Positions 24,614 to 33,584 of a stretch of DNA of 64,000 bases are shown piece after piece. A program made the translations under genes and the position numbers. A model generated the notes under the pieces. That model searched no databases and was not told the DNA's origin. It saw nothing but the letters and a program-made list of their open reading frames with translations. Source of the DNA: an uncultured Lachnospiraceae bacterium (GTDB lineage Bacteria; Bacillota; Clostridia; TANB77; CAG-508); contig CAZAZX010000003.1 of NCBI GenBank assembly GCA_964489885.1, forward strand, positions 29,036 to 93,035, written 5' to 3'. Position 1 is the first letter of the stretch. Each line of letters begins with the position of its first letter.

Positions 24614-24691
24614 ATTGTCTGCTGGAAAATTAAGGAAATTATTTAAGTATAAATTATTGATTTATTTATTGTAAATAGGAGGTTTATAGTT

Positions 24692-25537
24692 TTGAGTAAA
24701 TTTGTAAAAATATTATTTTTTATTACTATACCAATTGAAATTATATTAATATTTTCACAGTTATATTTAATTTTTAATTATAATCAAATGTTGCAAATAT
24801 TTATAACAATTTTTAATATAATAAATATTTTAGCCATATTTATGCTTTCAATATTTAGTTATAAGAAAGCAGTAGAACTAAAAACAACTTATGAAAGCTT
24901 AGAGGAATCAAAACTGTACAACAAAACACTATTAGTTTTAAATGAAAATGTACGTTGTTTTAAACATGATTTTAGTAATATTATTCAAGCGATATTAGGC
25001 TATGTTCAGGCAAATGATTTTGAAGGACTAAAAAAGTATTTTCATCATCTATTAGATGATTGTCAGAAGCTTAACACTATTACAGCATTAAATCCTAATT
25101 TAATAAATAATCCTGCAATTTATAGTCTTGTAACAAATAAATATCAATTAGCTGATTCAAAAGGAATTAAATTTAATATAAATATCTTTTTAGACTTGAA
25201 AAAACTTAATATAAATATATATGAATTCACTAGAATTTTAGGTGTATTACTTGATAATGCAATTGAAGCAACAAGTGAGTGTAATGAAAAGGTAATTAAT
25301 TTTGATATTGAAATGGATGAAAAGAATCATAGGCAATTGCTTATTATTGAAAATACTTACAAAAATAAGAATGTTGATATAGAAAAAATTTTTGAAAAAG
25401 CCTATACTTCAAAACCTCATAATTCTGGTTTAGGCTTATGGGAAATACGTAAAATTTTAAATAAAAATAATAATTTGAATTTATTTACAACTAAAAATGA
25501 AAAATTTTTTACACAACAATTAGAAATATATTTATAA
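24692..25537 (+). CDS. AgrC/HPK10-type (GHKL) sensor histidine kinase with a minimal 2-TM sensor, 281 aa
   Basis: H-box FKHDFSNIIQAILGYV, N-box LLDNAIEA, and G-box GLGLWEIRKIL. There are only two N-terminal TM helices and no adjacent response regulator or agrBD-like genes. Confidence 0.7.
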   Translation: MSKFVKILFFITIPIEIILIFSQLYLIFNYNQMLQIFITIFNIINILAIFMLSIFSYKKAVELKTTYESLEESKLYNKTLLVLNENVRCFKHDFSNIIQAILGYVQANDFEGLKKYFHHLLDDCQKLNTITALNPNLINNPAIYSLVTNKYQLADSKGIKFNINIFLDLKKLNINIYEFTRILGVLLDNAIEATSECNEKVINFDIEMDEKNHRQLLIIENTYKNKNVDIEKIFEKAYTSKPHNSGLGLWEIRKILNKNNNLNLFTTKNEKFFTQQLEIYL

Positions 25538-25591
25538 TTAAATTAGAATAGAAAAATTAATTAAAAATTAGTTTTTCTATTCTAATTTAAT

Positions 25592-26272
25592 TTAATTACT
25601 TTCTAATATTTTCCAAGAACCTGTTATTTCTGGTAAGCATTTAAATGTCATTATTTCTTTTGTAATTGGGTGTGGGAAAGAAAGACTATATGCCCATAGT
25701 GTAATTTGCTTTCCTCTGCCTCTTGTTCCATATTTTTGATCTCCATAAAGGCTATGGCCTCTACTTGCAAATTGTACTCTTATTTGATGATGTCTTCCTG
25801 TATATAGTTTAACTTTTACTAAAGATAAATTTATATCTTCCTGATATTTTATTAATTCATATTCTAACTTCGCATATTTAGAATTTTTCGTACCTTCTTC
25901 AACAACTTTACTCAAATTATTTCTTTCATTTTTTAAAAGATAATCTTCTAATATCTCTCTTTTAGATTCTATTTTACCATCAACTATTGCAAGATAAATT
26001 TTTTCAAATTGCTTTGTTCTTACATATTCACTAAGTCTAGATGCAGCTTTGGACGTTTTTGCAAAAACCATTACCCCACCAACAGGTCTATCTAACCTAT
26101 GAACAAGTCCTAAATACACATTTCCCTGTTTATTATATTTTTTCTTTAAGTATTCTTTTATTATAGTTATCATATCTATATCGCCAGTCTTATCCCCCTG
26201 TGATGGTACATTTACCATTTTTTCTACTACTATAATATGATTATCTTCATATAAAACATTTAATTTTTGCAT
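25592..26272 (-). CDS. RluA-family pseudouridine synthase, 226 aa
   Basis: Catalytic HRLDRPVGGVMVFAKT motif. Confidence 0.85.
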   Translation of the reverse strand: MQKLNVLYEDNHIIVVEKMVNVPSQGDKTGDIDMITIIKEYLKKKYNKQGNVYLGLVHRLDRPVGGVMVFAKTSKAASRLSEYVRTKQFEKIYLAIVDGKIESKREILEDYLLKNERNNLSKVVEEGTKNSKYAKLEYELIKYQEDINLSLVKVKLYTGRHHQIRVQFASRGHSLYGDQKYGTRGRGKQITLWAYSLSFPHPITKEIMTFKCLPEITGSWKILESN

Positions 26273-26278
26273 ATAATT

Positions 26279-27136
26279 TTATTTCTCCCATTTTCCAAAT
26301 ATTCCAGATGGTAGTACCAATTTTGATTTTTTCATTGGTAACCCTATTTCACCACAACTTATTTTTCCTTTATGTTTTATATTTAATTCTAAAATGTTTG
26401 ATAACACCTGTGATGAAATACCTGTTGTATATGAATTTATTAAGAAAAATAAAGGATTATCAGAAAGAACTTTTGTGCACAAATTAACTAAATCTGCAAT
26501 GTTATTCTCAAATTGCCACACTTCCCCCTTTGCTCCTCTTCCATAGGAAGGAGGGTCCATTATAATAGCATCATATTTCTTTCCTCTTCTTATTTCTCTT
26601 TCAACAAACTTAACAACATCATCTATAATAAAACGAACTGGCTTATCTTTTAATTTAGATGAAATAACGTTTTCTTTTGCCCAATTGACCATACCTTTTG
26701 ACGAATCAACATGACAAACAGAAGCTCCAGCATGAAGACAGGCAACTGTGGCACCACCTGTATATGCAAATAAATTTAATACATTAATTTGTCTATCAGC
26801 TTCTCCTATTTTTTTCTCCATCCAATCCCAATTAACAGCCTGTTCTGGAAAAAGCCCTGTATGTTTGAATCCCATAGGTTTTATATTAAAAGTTAATTCT
26901 CCATATTTAATTTGCCAATTTTGTGGCAATTTTCTATTATATGTCCAACTTCCACCACCAGTTTTACTCCTATTATAAATGGCATCTGCTTTCTTCCACT
27001 CAGACGGAAAACTTTTATTTTTCCATATAATTTGTGGATCAGGTCTAATTAATTTAATGTTACCCCATTTTTCCAGTTTTTCTCCATTTGCCATATCTAT
27101 TATTTCATAATCTTTCCATTTATTTGCTAGGTTCAT
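26279..27136 (-). CDS. Class I SAM-dependent methyltransferase (RlmI/YwbD-like, probable rRNA methyltransferase), 285 aa
   Basis: Motif I FAYTGGAT and the DPPSYG motif characteristic of RlmI/RlmK-type m5C/m2G methyltransferases. Confidence 0.7.
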   Translation of the reverse strand: MNLANKWKDYEIIDMANGEKLEKWGNIKLIRPDPQIIWKNKSFPSEWKKADAIYNRSKTGGGSWTYNRKLPQNWQIKYGELTFNIKPMGFKHTGLFPEQAVNWDWMEKKIGEADRQINVLNLFAYTGGATVACLHAGASVCHVDSSKGMVNWAKENVISSKLKDKPVRFIIDDVVKFVEREIRRGKKYDAIIMDPPSYGRGAKGEVWQFENNIADLVNLCTKVLSDNPLFFLINSYTTGISSQVLSNILELNIKHKGKISCGEIGLPMKKSKLVLPSGIFGKWEK

Positions 27137-27173
27137 TTATTGCTCCCCTTTACTTTATTTAAAATTCTATTTA

Positions 27174-27449
27174 TTATAAATTTGCAAATATTTTAAAAAA
27201 TTCAATAATCAATATAATATTAATAGTGCTAAAAACCACCGTAAATACAAGTATTGCAACAAAAAATTTATTATCCCAAATTGATTTTTCTTTATGTTTA
27301 TGTATATTTACACTACTTGTCCCACCATATCTAACACCAATATTACTTTTTTTTGCAATTTCCATTAACATATCAATCCCTTCTATATATAAGCTATATA
27401 ATAAATCTATGATATGTTTATTAGTTATATGCCAAAAATAGTAATACAA
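27174..27449 (-). CDS. Hypothetical small membrane protein (up to 91 aa)
   Basis: One C-terminal hydrophobic helix and no homology signal; the real start may be an internal Met. Confidence 0.3.
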   Translation of the reverse strand: MYYYFWHITNKHIIDLLYSLYIEGIDMLMEIAKKSNIGVRYGGTSSVNIHKHKEKSIWDNKFFVAILVFTVVFSTINIILIIEFFKIFANL

Positions 27450-27455
27450 ATTCTT

Positions 27456-29246
27456 CTAATTTTCAAGACTTTCTTTAATTCTTTTTGCTAAACTCTCAGT
27501 TATTCCCTTAATATTGCAAAGTTCTTCTATACTTGCATCTTTTATCTTTTGTACACTTCCAAAAGCTTTTAATAATTCTTGCTTCTTTTTTGGTCCTATA
27601 CCACTTATATTATCTAAAGCAGATTTATTCATTTCTTTGTCTCTAAGTTTTCTATGATATTCAATTGCTACATTATGAACTTCATCTTGAAAATTTGTAA
27701 TAGCTAATAATAAATTCTCAGAAATTTCAATTTCTTCTCTTTGTTCATTAATAAGTGCTCTTGTTTGATGTTTATCATTTTTTACCATTCCAAATATAGG
27801 AATGTTTAAATTATATTTATTTTCTGCTGTTCTAATTGCTCTTATTTGTGTTATTCCTCCATCTGCAAAAAATACATCTGGTAATGTTCCAAAGCCTCCT
27901 TTAGGATTATCTAAAGAATGTTTAATTCTTCTTGTTACAACTTCTTCCATACATTTTGGATCATCTTGTCCAATAACTGTTTTTATCTTAAATCTCCTTG
28001 ATAAATTTCTTTTAACTTCTCCATCTTGCATTACGCACATTCCAGCGACAATAAAGTTTCCAGAAATATTTGAAATATCAAATGATTCAATCTTTCTTGG
28101 CATTTTATCTAATTTAAGTTTTTCTTTTAATTCCATCAAAATTTCTGTTTTATCTTTTTGTTTATTTTCTAGAGTTATCTTCGCATTTCTTTGTGCCATC
28201 TCAACAAAACGCAATTTTTCTCCCCTTTGTGGATTTCTTAATTGGACTTTTTTACCTGACTTTTCAGACAAAATTTCTTCAATCAATTCTTTATCTTCAA
28301 TTTCTTCTTGGAGCATAATTTTATTTGGAATTTGCATACTATCAAAGTAGTATTGTTTAATAAACTCTGATAGTATTTCTTTATCATATTCATCTTTTAG
28401 TTCATTAAAAAAATAATGCTCTCTTCCAATCATTTTGCTTCCTCGTACAAAGAAAATTTCAATGCAAACTGCTAGCTCATTCTTATATAATCCTATAACA
28501 TCAATATTATTTTCTGATATATTTGATACTTTTTGTTCCTCAGAAATTCTTTCTATTGCTATTTTTCTATCTCTAGATTCTGCTGCTTTTTCATATTCTT
28601 GTCTATCTGAAAAACATCTAATTTCTTCATCTAATTTTTTTAGTATCTTTTCTGTCTTTCCATCTAAAAGTAAAATAATGTCATCTATTTGCTTTCTGTA
28701 TTCTTCTTTTGTTATATATCCCATACATGGCGCTGGGCATTTCTTTATATGATAATTTAGACAAGCCCTTGTATTAGATTTAAAGTTCCTACATTGCCTA
28801 ATTTTAAACCTTTCTCTAATGAAATTCACCATTTCTCTTGCAGCACCAGAATTTGCATACGGTCCAAAATATTTTGCCCCATCATTTAATATTCTTCTAG
28901 TAATAAAAACATTGGGATAATCAGATTGCATATCAATTTTTATATATGGATATGTCTTGTCATCTTTTAAAAGTACATTAAATTTAGGTCTATTCTTTTT
29001 TATTAAATTACATTCTAATATTAAAGCCTCAGCTTCATTGTCTGTAACAATGTATTCAAAATGATCAATAAGAGATACCATTTTTATTATTCTATTTGTC
29101 TTGTTATTTTTTCTAAAATATTGTCTTACTCTTCTTTTTAAAGAAATAGCCTTTCCAACATAAATAATAGTATCATTTTTATCATGCATTATATATACAC
29201 CTGGTTTGTCAGGCAGTTTTTTTATTTCACTTTCTATATCAAACAT
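27456..29246 (-). CDS. uvrC: Excinuclease ABC subunit C, 596 aa
   Basis: N-terminal GIY-YIG (GVYIMHDKNDTIIYVGKA), UvrBC motif, and C-terminal HhH. Confidence 0.95.
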   Translation of the reverse strand: MFDIESEIKKLPDKPGVYIMHDKNDTIIYVGKAISLKRRVRQYFRKNNKTNRIIKMVSLIDHFEYIVTDNEAEALILECNLIKKNRPKFNVLLKDDKTYPYIKIDMQSDYPNVFITRRILNDGAKYFGPYANSGAAREMVNFIRERFKIRQCRNFKSNTRACLNYHIKKCPAPCMGYITKEEYRKQIDDIILLLDGKTEKILKKLDEEIRCFSDRQEYEKAAESRDRKIAIERISEEQKVSNISENNIDVIGLYKNELAVCIEIFFVRGSKMIGREHYFFNELKDEYDKEILSEFIKQYYFDSMQIPNKIMLQEEIEDKELIEEILSEKSGKKVQLRNPQRGEKLRFVEMAQRNAKITLENKQKDKTEILMELKEKLKLDKMPRKIESFDISNISGNFIVAGMCVMQDGEVKRNLSRRFKIKTVIGQDDPKCMEEVVTRRIKHSLDNPKGGFGTLPDVFFADGGITQIRAIRTAENKYNLNIPIFGMVKNDKHQTRALINEQREEIEISENLLLAITNFQDEVHNVAIEYHRKLRDKEMNKSALDNISGIGPKKKQELLKAFGSVQKIKDASIEELCNIKGITESLAKRIKESLEN

Positions 29247-29295
29247 AAATTCACCTTGTTTATTATTATATCATCAAATACACATTTTTTGAATA

Positions 29296-29328
29296 TATAA
29301 TCAAAAAAGAAAGACACTTCCTAAAAAA
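29296..29328 (-). terminator. Rho-independent terminator after the GC-rich MBL gene
   Basis: Stem CACTTCC / GGAAGTG with a T-run on the minus strand, 40 nt downstream of the stop. Confidence 0.5.
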
Positions 29329-29369
29329 AGGAAGTGCCAAAAGATTAGAGATAGCTTTTCATCTAGAAG

Positions 29370-30800
29370 TCAGTTAGAAATTTGAATGGCCTTCTCGATG
29401 CCGTATTCATCAATACGGAAGCCAGTGTCCCTCGAGATTACGCCTACGCGTTTGATTCCGAGTTCTTCGTAAATGCGCTCAGCAAAAATCTTCTTGACTG
29501 AAGTATCGCCGTGATTTACGACAACCGATTTGATGTTTTTGAATTTCTTCAGCATCGAAATCAGTTCATCGGCCTTTGCGTGGCCAGAAAACTCACAAGT
29601 AAACTCTACTTGTGCCTTCTTCATGCCGAGAATGCCTCCAGAACCTCCGCCAAACACAAACTCATTCGGTGTTGTGTCTTTCAATTTTCTGCCATAGGTT
29701 CCCTCAGCACAATACCCTGTGAATTGGATTAATGCTTTGGGATCCCACAAATAGCGAGGAATCCATGCCTGTGCAGGTCCATAGGAGCCCATTCCGCTCG
29801 TCGTAACGACAATCTTCTGCTTGCTTGATGCAACCAACGCTTCGCGCGTTTCATGCAAAGTAATAAGCTGAAGATTATCCGGCAGGAAGTCCATCATCTC
29901 AGGCTTAAGGTTGAGTGCACCAGATTGATACAACTTTGTGTATTCTATTGCCAACTTTCCATCAAGAAAAATTGGAATATTTTTGTTGATCTTTCCAGCA
30001 TTTTGCATCCTCTTGAGCCTATAGAGAATTTCTTGTGCCCTTCCCAGCGAAAAAACTGGAATCAAAATTGATCCACCGTTTTGTGCTGTTGTAGACACGT
30101 TCTTGCAAAAGACTTTCTTGCTCTGTTCTTCATCCGTAGTATCCACGTCTCCATACGTCGACTCGCAAATGATATTGAGTGGCATCGAAAGAACCTCTTG
30201 TGGAATGCACGGGACATCAAAAAAGATGTTCTTAGGTGCATAATCTCCTGTGAAAAGAAGGTTAAGTTTTCCGCCGTACCCATCCAGGAATTGGATGAGT
30301 ACCATACATGCGCCGACAAGGTGACCATTGCCAATAAGCATGAACCGGCAATAGTCGTCAAAAACGTACCATTGGTTGAGGCTTACTCCCTTTGTCTGTT
30401 GCAACACACTTGTCACATCAGACAGTTCATACATTGGCGGCTTATTATTGCGTTTCGCACGAGTCTTCTGCACATGGCATGCATCCCTCAATGCAATTGG
30501 CAATAGGGCCTCAGATACCTCGCTACAGACGAAGTCGCCACTATAACCACCTTTCGTCATCAATGGCAACCGTCCAATATGGTCGGCATGAACGTGCGTA
30601 ATAAATGCGCCGTCCAATTCTTTCGGGTCGAAGATTAACGACCCATTATACTGCTCGTTGACCCGTTCTTGGAAAATTCCACAGTCAATGCTGTAGCGAC
30701 GCAATTCCTCATTTGGAATGTGCACTACAGAGAGCAGGTTTGACCCAGTAACACAAGAATGCGCTGCCATCAGGTCAATATAAATGTTTGCCTTACTCAT
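29370..30800 (-). CDS. MBL-fold metallo-hydrolase of the beta-CASP (RNA/DNA nuclease) type, 476 aa, inside a GC-rich island
   Basis: HVHADH metallo-beta-lactamase motif plus downstream Asp/His motifs laid out in the beta-CASP/RMMBL order. The gene is about 45-50% GC against a ~28% background, with many spurious overlapping ORFs on both strands. Confidence 0.8.
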   Translation of the reverse strand: MSKANIYIDLMAAHSCVTGSNLLSVVHIPNEELRRYSIDCGIFQERVNEQYNGSLIFDPKELDGAFITHVHADHIGRLPLMTKGGYSGDFVCSEVSEALLPIALRDACHVQKTRAKRNNKPPMYELSDVTSVLQQTKGVSLNQWYVFDDYCRFMLIGNGHLVGACMVLIQFLDGYGGKLNLLFTGDYAPKNIFFDVPCIPQEVLSMPLNIICESTYGDVDTTDEEQSKKVFCKNVSTTAQNGGSILIPVFSLGRAQEILYRLKRMQNAGKINKNIPIFLDGKLAIEYTKLYQSGALNLKPEMMDFLPDNLQLITLHETREALVASSKQKIVVTTSGMGSYGPAQAWIPRYLWDPKALIQFTGYCAEGTYGRKLKDTTPNEFVFGGGSGGILGMKKAQVEFTCEFSGHAKADELISMLKKFKNIKSVVVNHGDTSVKKIFAERIYEELGIKRVGVISRDTGFRIDEYGIEKAIQISN

Positions 30801-30916
30801 TCCTGATGTCTCCTCTCTTTTTTAATGAGTCAGAAAATTCTGATTACTTTTATTTTAACATTTAGCAAATATTATGTCAATTAATTTTAAAACATTTGCA
30901 AAAAAATATAAATTTT

Positions 30917-30945
30917 TTGACATAAATTATTATTTTCATTATAAT
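30917..30945 (+). promoter_or_regulatory. Putative sigma-A promoter of glmS
   Basis: Perfect consensus TTGACA-N17-TATAAT, 22 nt upstream of the GGAGG SD. Confidence 0.6.
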
Positions 30946-30967
30946 ATATCACATATGGAGGATTGTT

Positions 30968-32761
30968 ATGTGTGGAATAGTTGGATATGTAGGCAATAAA
31001 AGTGCCCAACCTATATTAATTAATGGGCTTACGAATTTAGAATATCGAGGATATGATTCAGCTGGCTTTGCCACTATTGAAAATAACAAAATTAATGTTC
31101 AAAAAGAAGTTGGCAGAGTAAAATATTTAGAGAATATCTCTAATAAAAATATTTCTGATTCTACAATTGGTATTGCTCATACAAGATGGGCAACTCATGG
31201 AAGAGCATCTAAAGAAAATGCTCACCCACATTTGGATAACTCAAACTCATTTGCTGTTGTTCACAATGGAATAATTGAAAACTATATTGAATTAAAGGAT
31301 TTTCTTTCAAAAGAAGGTTATACTTTTTTATCAGAAACTGATACAGAAGTAATTCCAAATTTAATTCATTATTATTACAATCAGTCAAATAACTTTTTAA
31401 AGGCTGTAGACTTCTCTTGTAGAAAATTAAAAGGAAGTTACTCTATTGCAATTATGTGCAAATTTGAACCTAAAAAAATAATTGTTGCAAAAAAAGACAG
31501 CCCTTTGGTAATTGGAAAAGGAAATAATGAATTTTATATAAGTTCAGATGTAGCTGCTGTTTTGTCATATACTAAAGATTTTTATTTTATTAAGGACTTA
31601 GAGTTGGCTGAAATTACAAGAGAGAATATTAGTTTTTTTGATTTTGATTTAAAACCAATATCAAAGGAAATTAAAAGGCTAGATTTAGATAGTAATGCAG
31701 CTCAAAAAAATGGTTATGAAGACTATATGCTTAAGGAAATTAATGAACAACCTGATGCAATTAGAAAAACATTGCAAGAAGAAAATAATGAATTTGATTA
31801 CAGCACTATTAAAAGTTATAATAAAATTTATATAATCGCTTGTGGTACGGCTATGCACGCTGGTTTAGTTGGTAAAAAATTATTTGAAGAGCTTTGTAGA
31901 ATTCCAGTTGAAGTAGATGTTGCATCTGAATTTAGATATCGAAATGCAATCATTGATAATAAAACTCTTGCAATTTTTATCAGTCAATCTGGTGAAACTG
32001 CAGATACAATTTCTGCATTAAAGTTATGCAAAGAAAAGAATGCTAAAACAATCGCAATTACAAACGTAATTGGTAGTAGCATTACAAGGCAGGCTGATTA
32101 TGTGTTTTACACAATGGCAGGACCTGAAATTGCTGTTGCCTCTACAAAAGCTTATACTTCTCAAATTGCATTATTAGCAAAAATGGTTATTAACTTTGCT
32201 AAAGAATTAAATTATGATTCAAATAAACTTAAACAAATTCAAGAAGATTTATCTAAACTTCCAGAACAAATTAGCCAAATATTACGAAAAACAGATCATA
32301 TTAAAACTATTGCTAAAGAAATTTATTCAATAAAAGATGCTTTCTATATTGGTCGTGGAATTGATTATTGTTCATCAATGGAGGCCTCTTTAAAAATAAA
32401 AGAAATAGCCTATGTTCACTCTGAAAGCTATGCTTCTGGTGAATTAAAGCATGGTTCTATTGCCTTAATTGAAGATGGAATATATGTGATTTCTATAATA
32501 ACAGATTCAGAATTAAAAGATAAATCAATTTCAAACATACAAGAAGTTATCACAAGGGGTGCAAAATCAATTGTTGTTACAAATCAAAATATAGATAAAT
32601 CAATATTTACACATATAATTGAAATACCAAAGACAAATACTTTGCTATCACCTATTCTTTCTGTTATTCCGCTTCAGCTACTTGCATACTATGTGGCAAA
32701 AGAAAAGGGCTTAGATGTTGATAAACCTAGAAATTTAGCAAAGTCTGTAACTGTTGAATAA
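30968..32761 (+). CDS. glmS: Glutamine--fructose-6-phosphate aminotransferase, 597 aa
   Basis: N-terminal MCGIVGY nucleophile and two SIS domains. Confidence 0.95.
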   Translation: MCGIVGYVGNKSAQPILINGLTNLEYRGYDSAGFATIENNKINVQKEVGRVKYLENISNKNISDSTIGIAHTRWATHGRASKENAHPHLDNSNSFAVVHNGIIENYIELKDFLSKEGYTFLSETDTEVIPNLIHYYYNQSNNFLKAVDFSCRKLKGSYSIAIMCKFEPKKIIVAKKDSPLVIGKGNNEFYISSDVAAVLSYTKDFYFIKDLELAEITRENISFFDFDLKPISKEIKRLDLDSNAAQKNGYEDYMLKEINEQPDAIRKTLQEENNEFDYSTIKSYNKIYIIACGTAMHAGLVGKKLFEELCRIPVEVDVASEFRYRNAIIDNKTLAIFISQSGETADTISALKLCKEKNAKTIAITNVIGSSITRQADYVFYTMAGPEIAVASTKAYTSQIALLAKMVINFAKELNYDSNKLKQIQEDLSKLPEQISQILRKTDHIKTIAKEIYSIKDAFYIGRGIDYCSSMEASLKIKEIAYVHSESYASGELKHGSIALIEDGIYVISIITDSELKDKSISNIQEVITRGAKSIVVTNQNIDKSIFTHIIEIPKTNTLLSPILSVIPLQLLAYYVAKEKGLDVDKPRNLAKSVTVE

Positions 32762-32762
32762 A

Positions 32763-33035
32763 TCATCCTAGTATCAATTTTAGACATATCAATACTATAC
32801 TTCCTGGAATTCCTAATATGCCGACAAAAATTGCTGTAAATATATTTAACCCTATATGGAAATTAAATGTTGCCCCTACTATATTTATTACATATATTAG
32901 GAAACCACCTAATATAGAATTAAGTACTAATTTCATTATTGCTTTAATTGGCATTATAAAAACTTTGCCTATTAAAAATATAAAAATAATACAGGCCAAA
33001 TACACTATTAAATTAGAATTGTCCAAGTTCATCAC
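32763..33035 (-). CDS. bofA: Pro-sigma-K processing inhibitor BofA-like membrane protein, 90 aa
   Basis: Two-TM protein with C-terminal FTAIFVGILGIPGSIVLICLKLIL, resembling B. subtilis BofA (TTAISGILGIPGIAALVVIQKII). It sits next to a yaaL-like remnant, matching the Bacillus yaaL-bofA neighbourhood. Confidence 0.7.
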   Translation of the reverse strand: MMNLDNSNLIVYLACIIFIFLIGKVFIMPIKAIMKLVLNSILGGFLIYVINIVGATFNFHIGLNIFTAIFVGILGIPGSIVLICLKLILG

Positions 33036-33084
33036 CTCATTAATTCAATTTTATGAGTGAACTTGGACAATTATTACTTTTGAT

Positions 33085-33360
33085 TTAAATAACTTTATCT
33101 TCACAAAGTTTTATTTGAAGTTGATTAACTAAATCTATAGCTATAGACCTACTTTTGGCCTTTTTTATTAAATAATCTAACTTCGCTCTATTGGCCTTTA
33201 TTGCATAAGTATAGTAATCAATTAAATCTCCATCTGCGTATTCAAAATTTTTGTTTGCTATTTCAAGCTCTTTTTTAGCTTCAATAATTGCCTTAATTAA
33301 ATCGATACCGATTTTGTTCTTCTGTCTTTTCTTTTATTCTCTTTTCTCTAACATATCCAT
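33085..33360 (-). pseudogene. YaaL/DUF2508-like small gene interrupted by an in-frame TAA after codon 8 (or using a non-canonical start)
   Basis: Minus-strand frame reads ATG GAT ATG TTA GAG AAA AGA GAA TAA, then 82 stop-free codons (KKRQKNKIGIDLIKAIIEAKKELEIANKNFEYADGDLIDYYTYAIKANRAKLDYLIKKAK...). These contain no ATG, GTG or TTG. The gene is directly upstream of bofA. Confidence 0.4.
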
Positions 33361-33462
33361 CTATCATTAAATCTACCCCTAAAATATTCTTATTTTATTA
33401 TATGCTATGAATTTTAAAAATATTCCAAAAATTTCTATTTTATATTTGCTATTAAAAATTTT

Positions 33463-33537
33463 TGTGCGAGAAAAGGACAGTGTGGAATGAAAATAAAATT
33501 ACCACACTGTCCTTTTCTCGCACATATTTTTGTTTTT
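33463..33537 (+). repeat. Perfect 23-bp inverted repeat (16-nt loop) followed by a T-tract: orphan or bidirectional terminator-like hairpin
   Basis: TGTGCGAGAAAAGGACAGTGTGG / CCACACTGTCCTTTTCTCGCACA, then TATTTTTGTTTTT. No upstream plus-strand gene reads into it. Confidence 0.6.
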
Positions 33538-33539
33538 AC

Positions 33540-33568
33540 TTGATTTTTCTAAATAAATGTTATACAAT
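33540..33568 (+). promoter_or_regulatory. Putative sigma-A promoter of the serS T-box leader
   Basis: TTGATT-N17-TACAAT. Confidence 0.5.
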
Positions 33569-33584
33569 AACTGTAATTTATGAA

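Noticed and set aside
29511-30601. Five long ORFs (29511-29732+, 29853-30071+, 30062-30361-, 30081-30506+, 30392-30601+) overlapping the MBL gene
   Set aside because: They lie inside the GC-rich island, where stop codons are rare. They overlap a well-supported 476-aa MBL/beta-CASP ORF, have no SDs, and give low-complexity translations. They are artefacts of composition.
30801-30967. Searched for a glmS ribozyme upstream of glmS
   Set aside because: No GC-containing P1-P2 core or conserved glmS ribozyme segments are visible. The space is occupied by a consensus promoter and a short leader.
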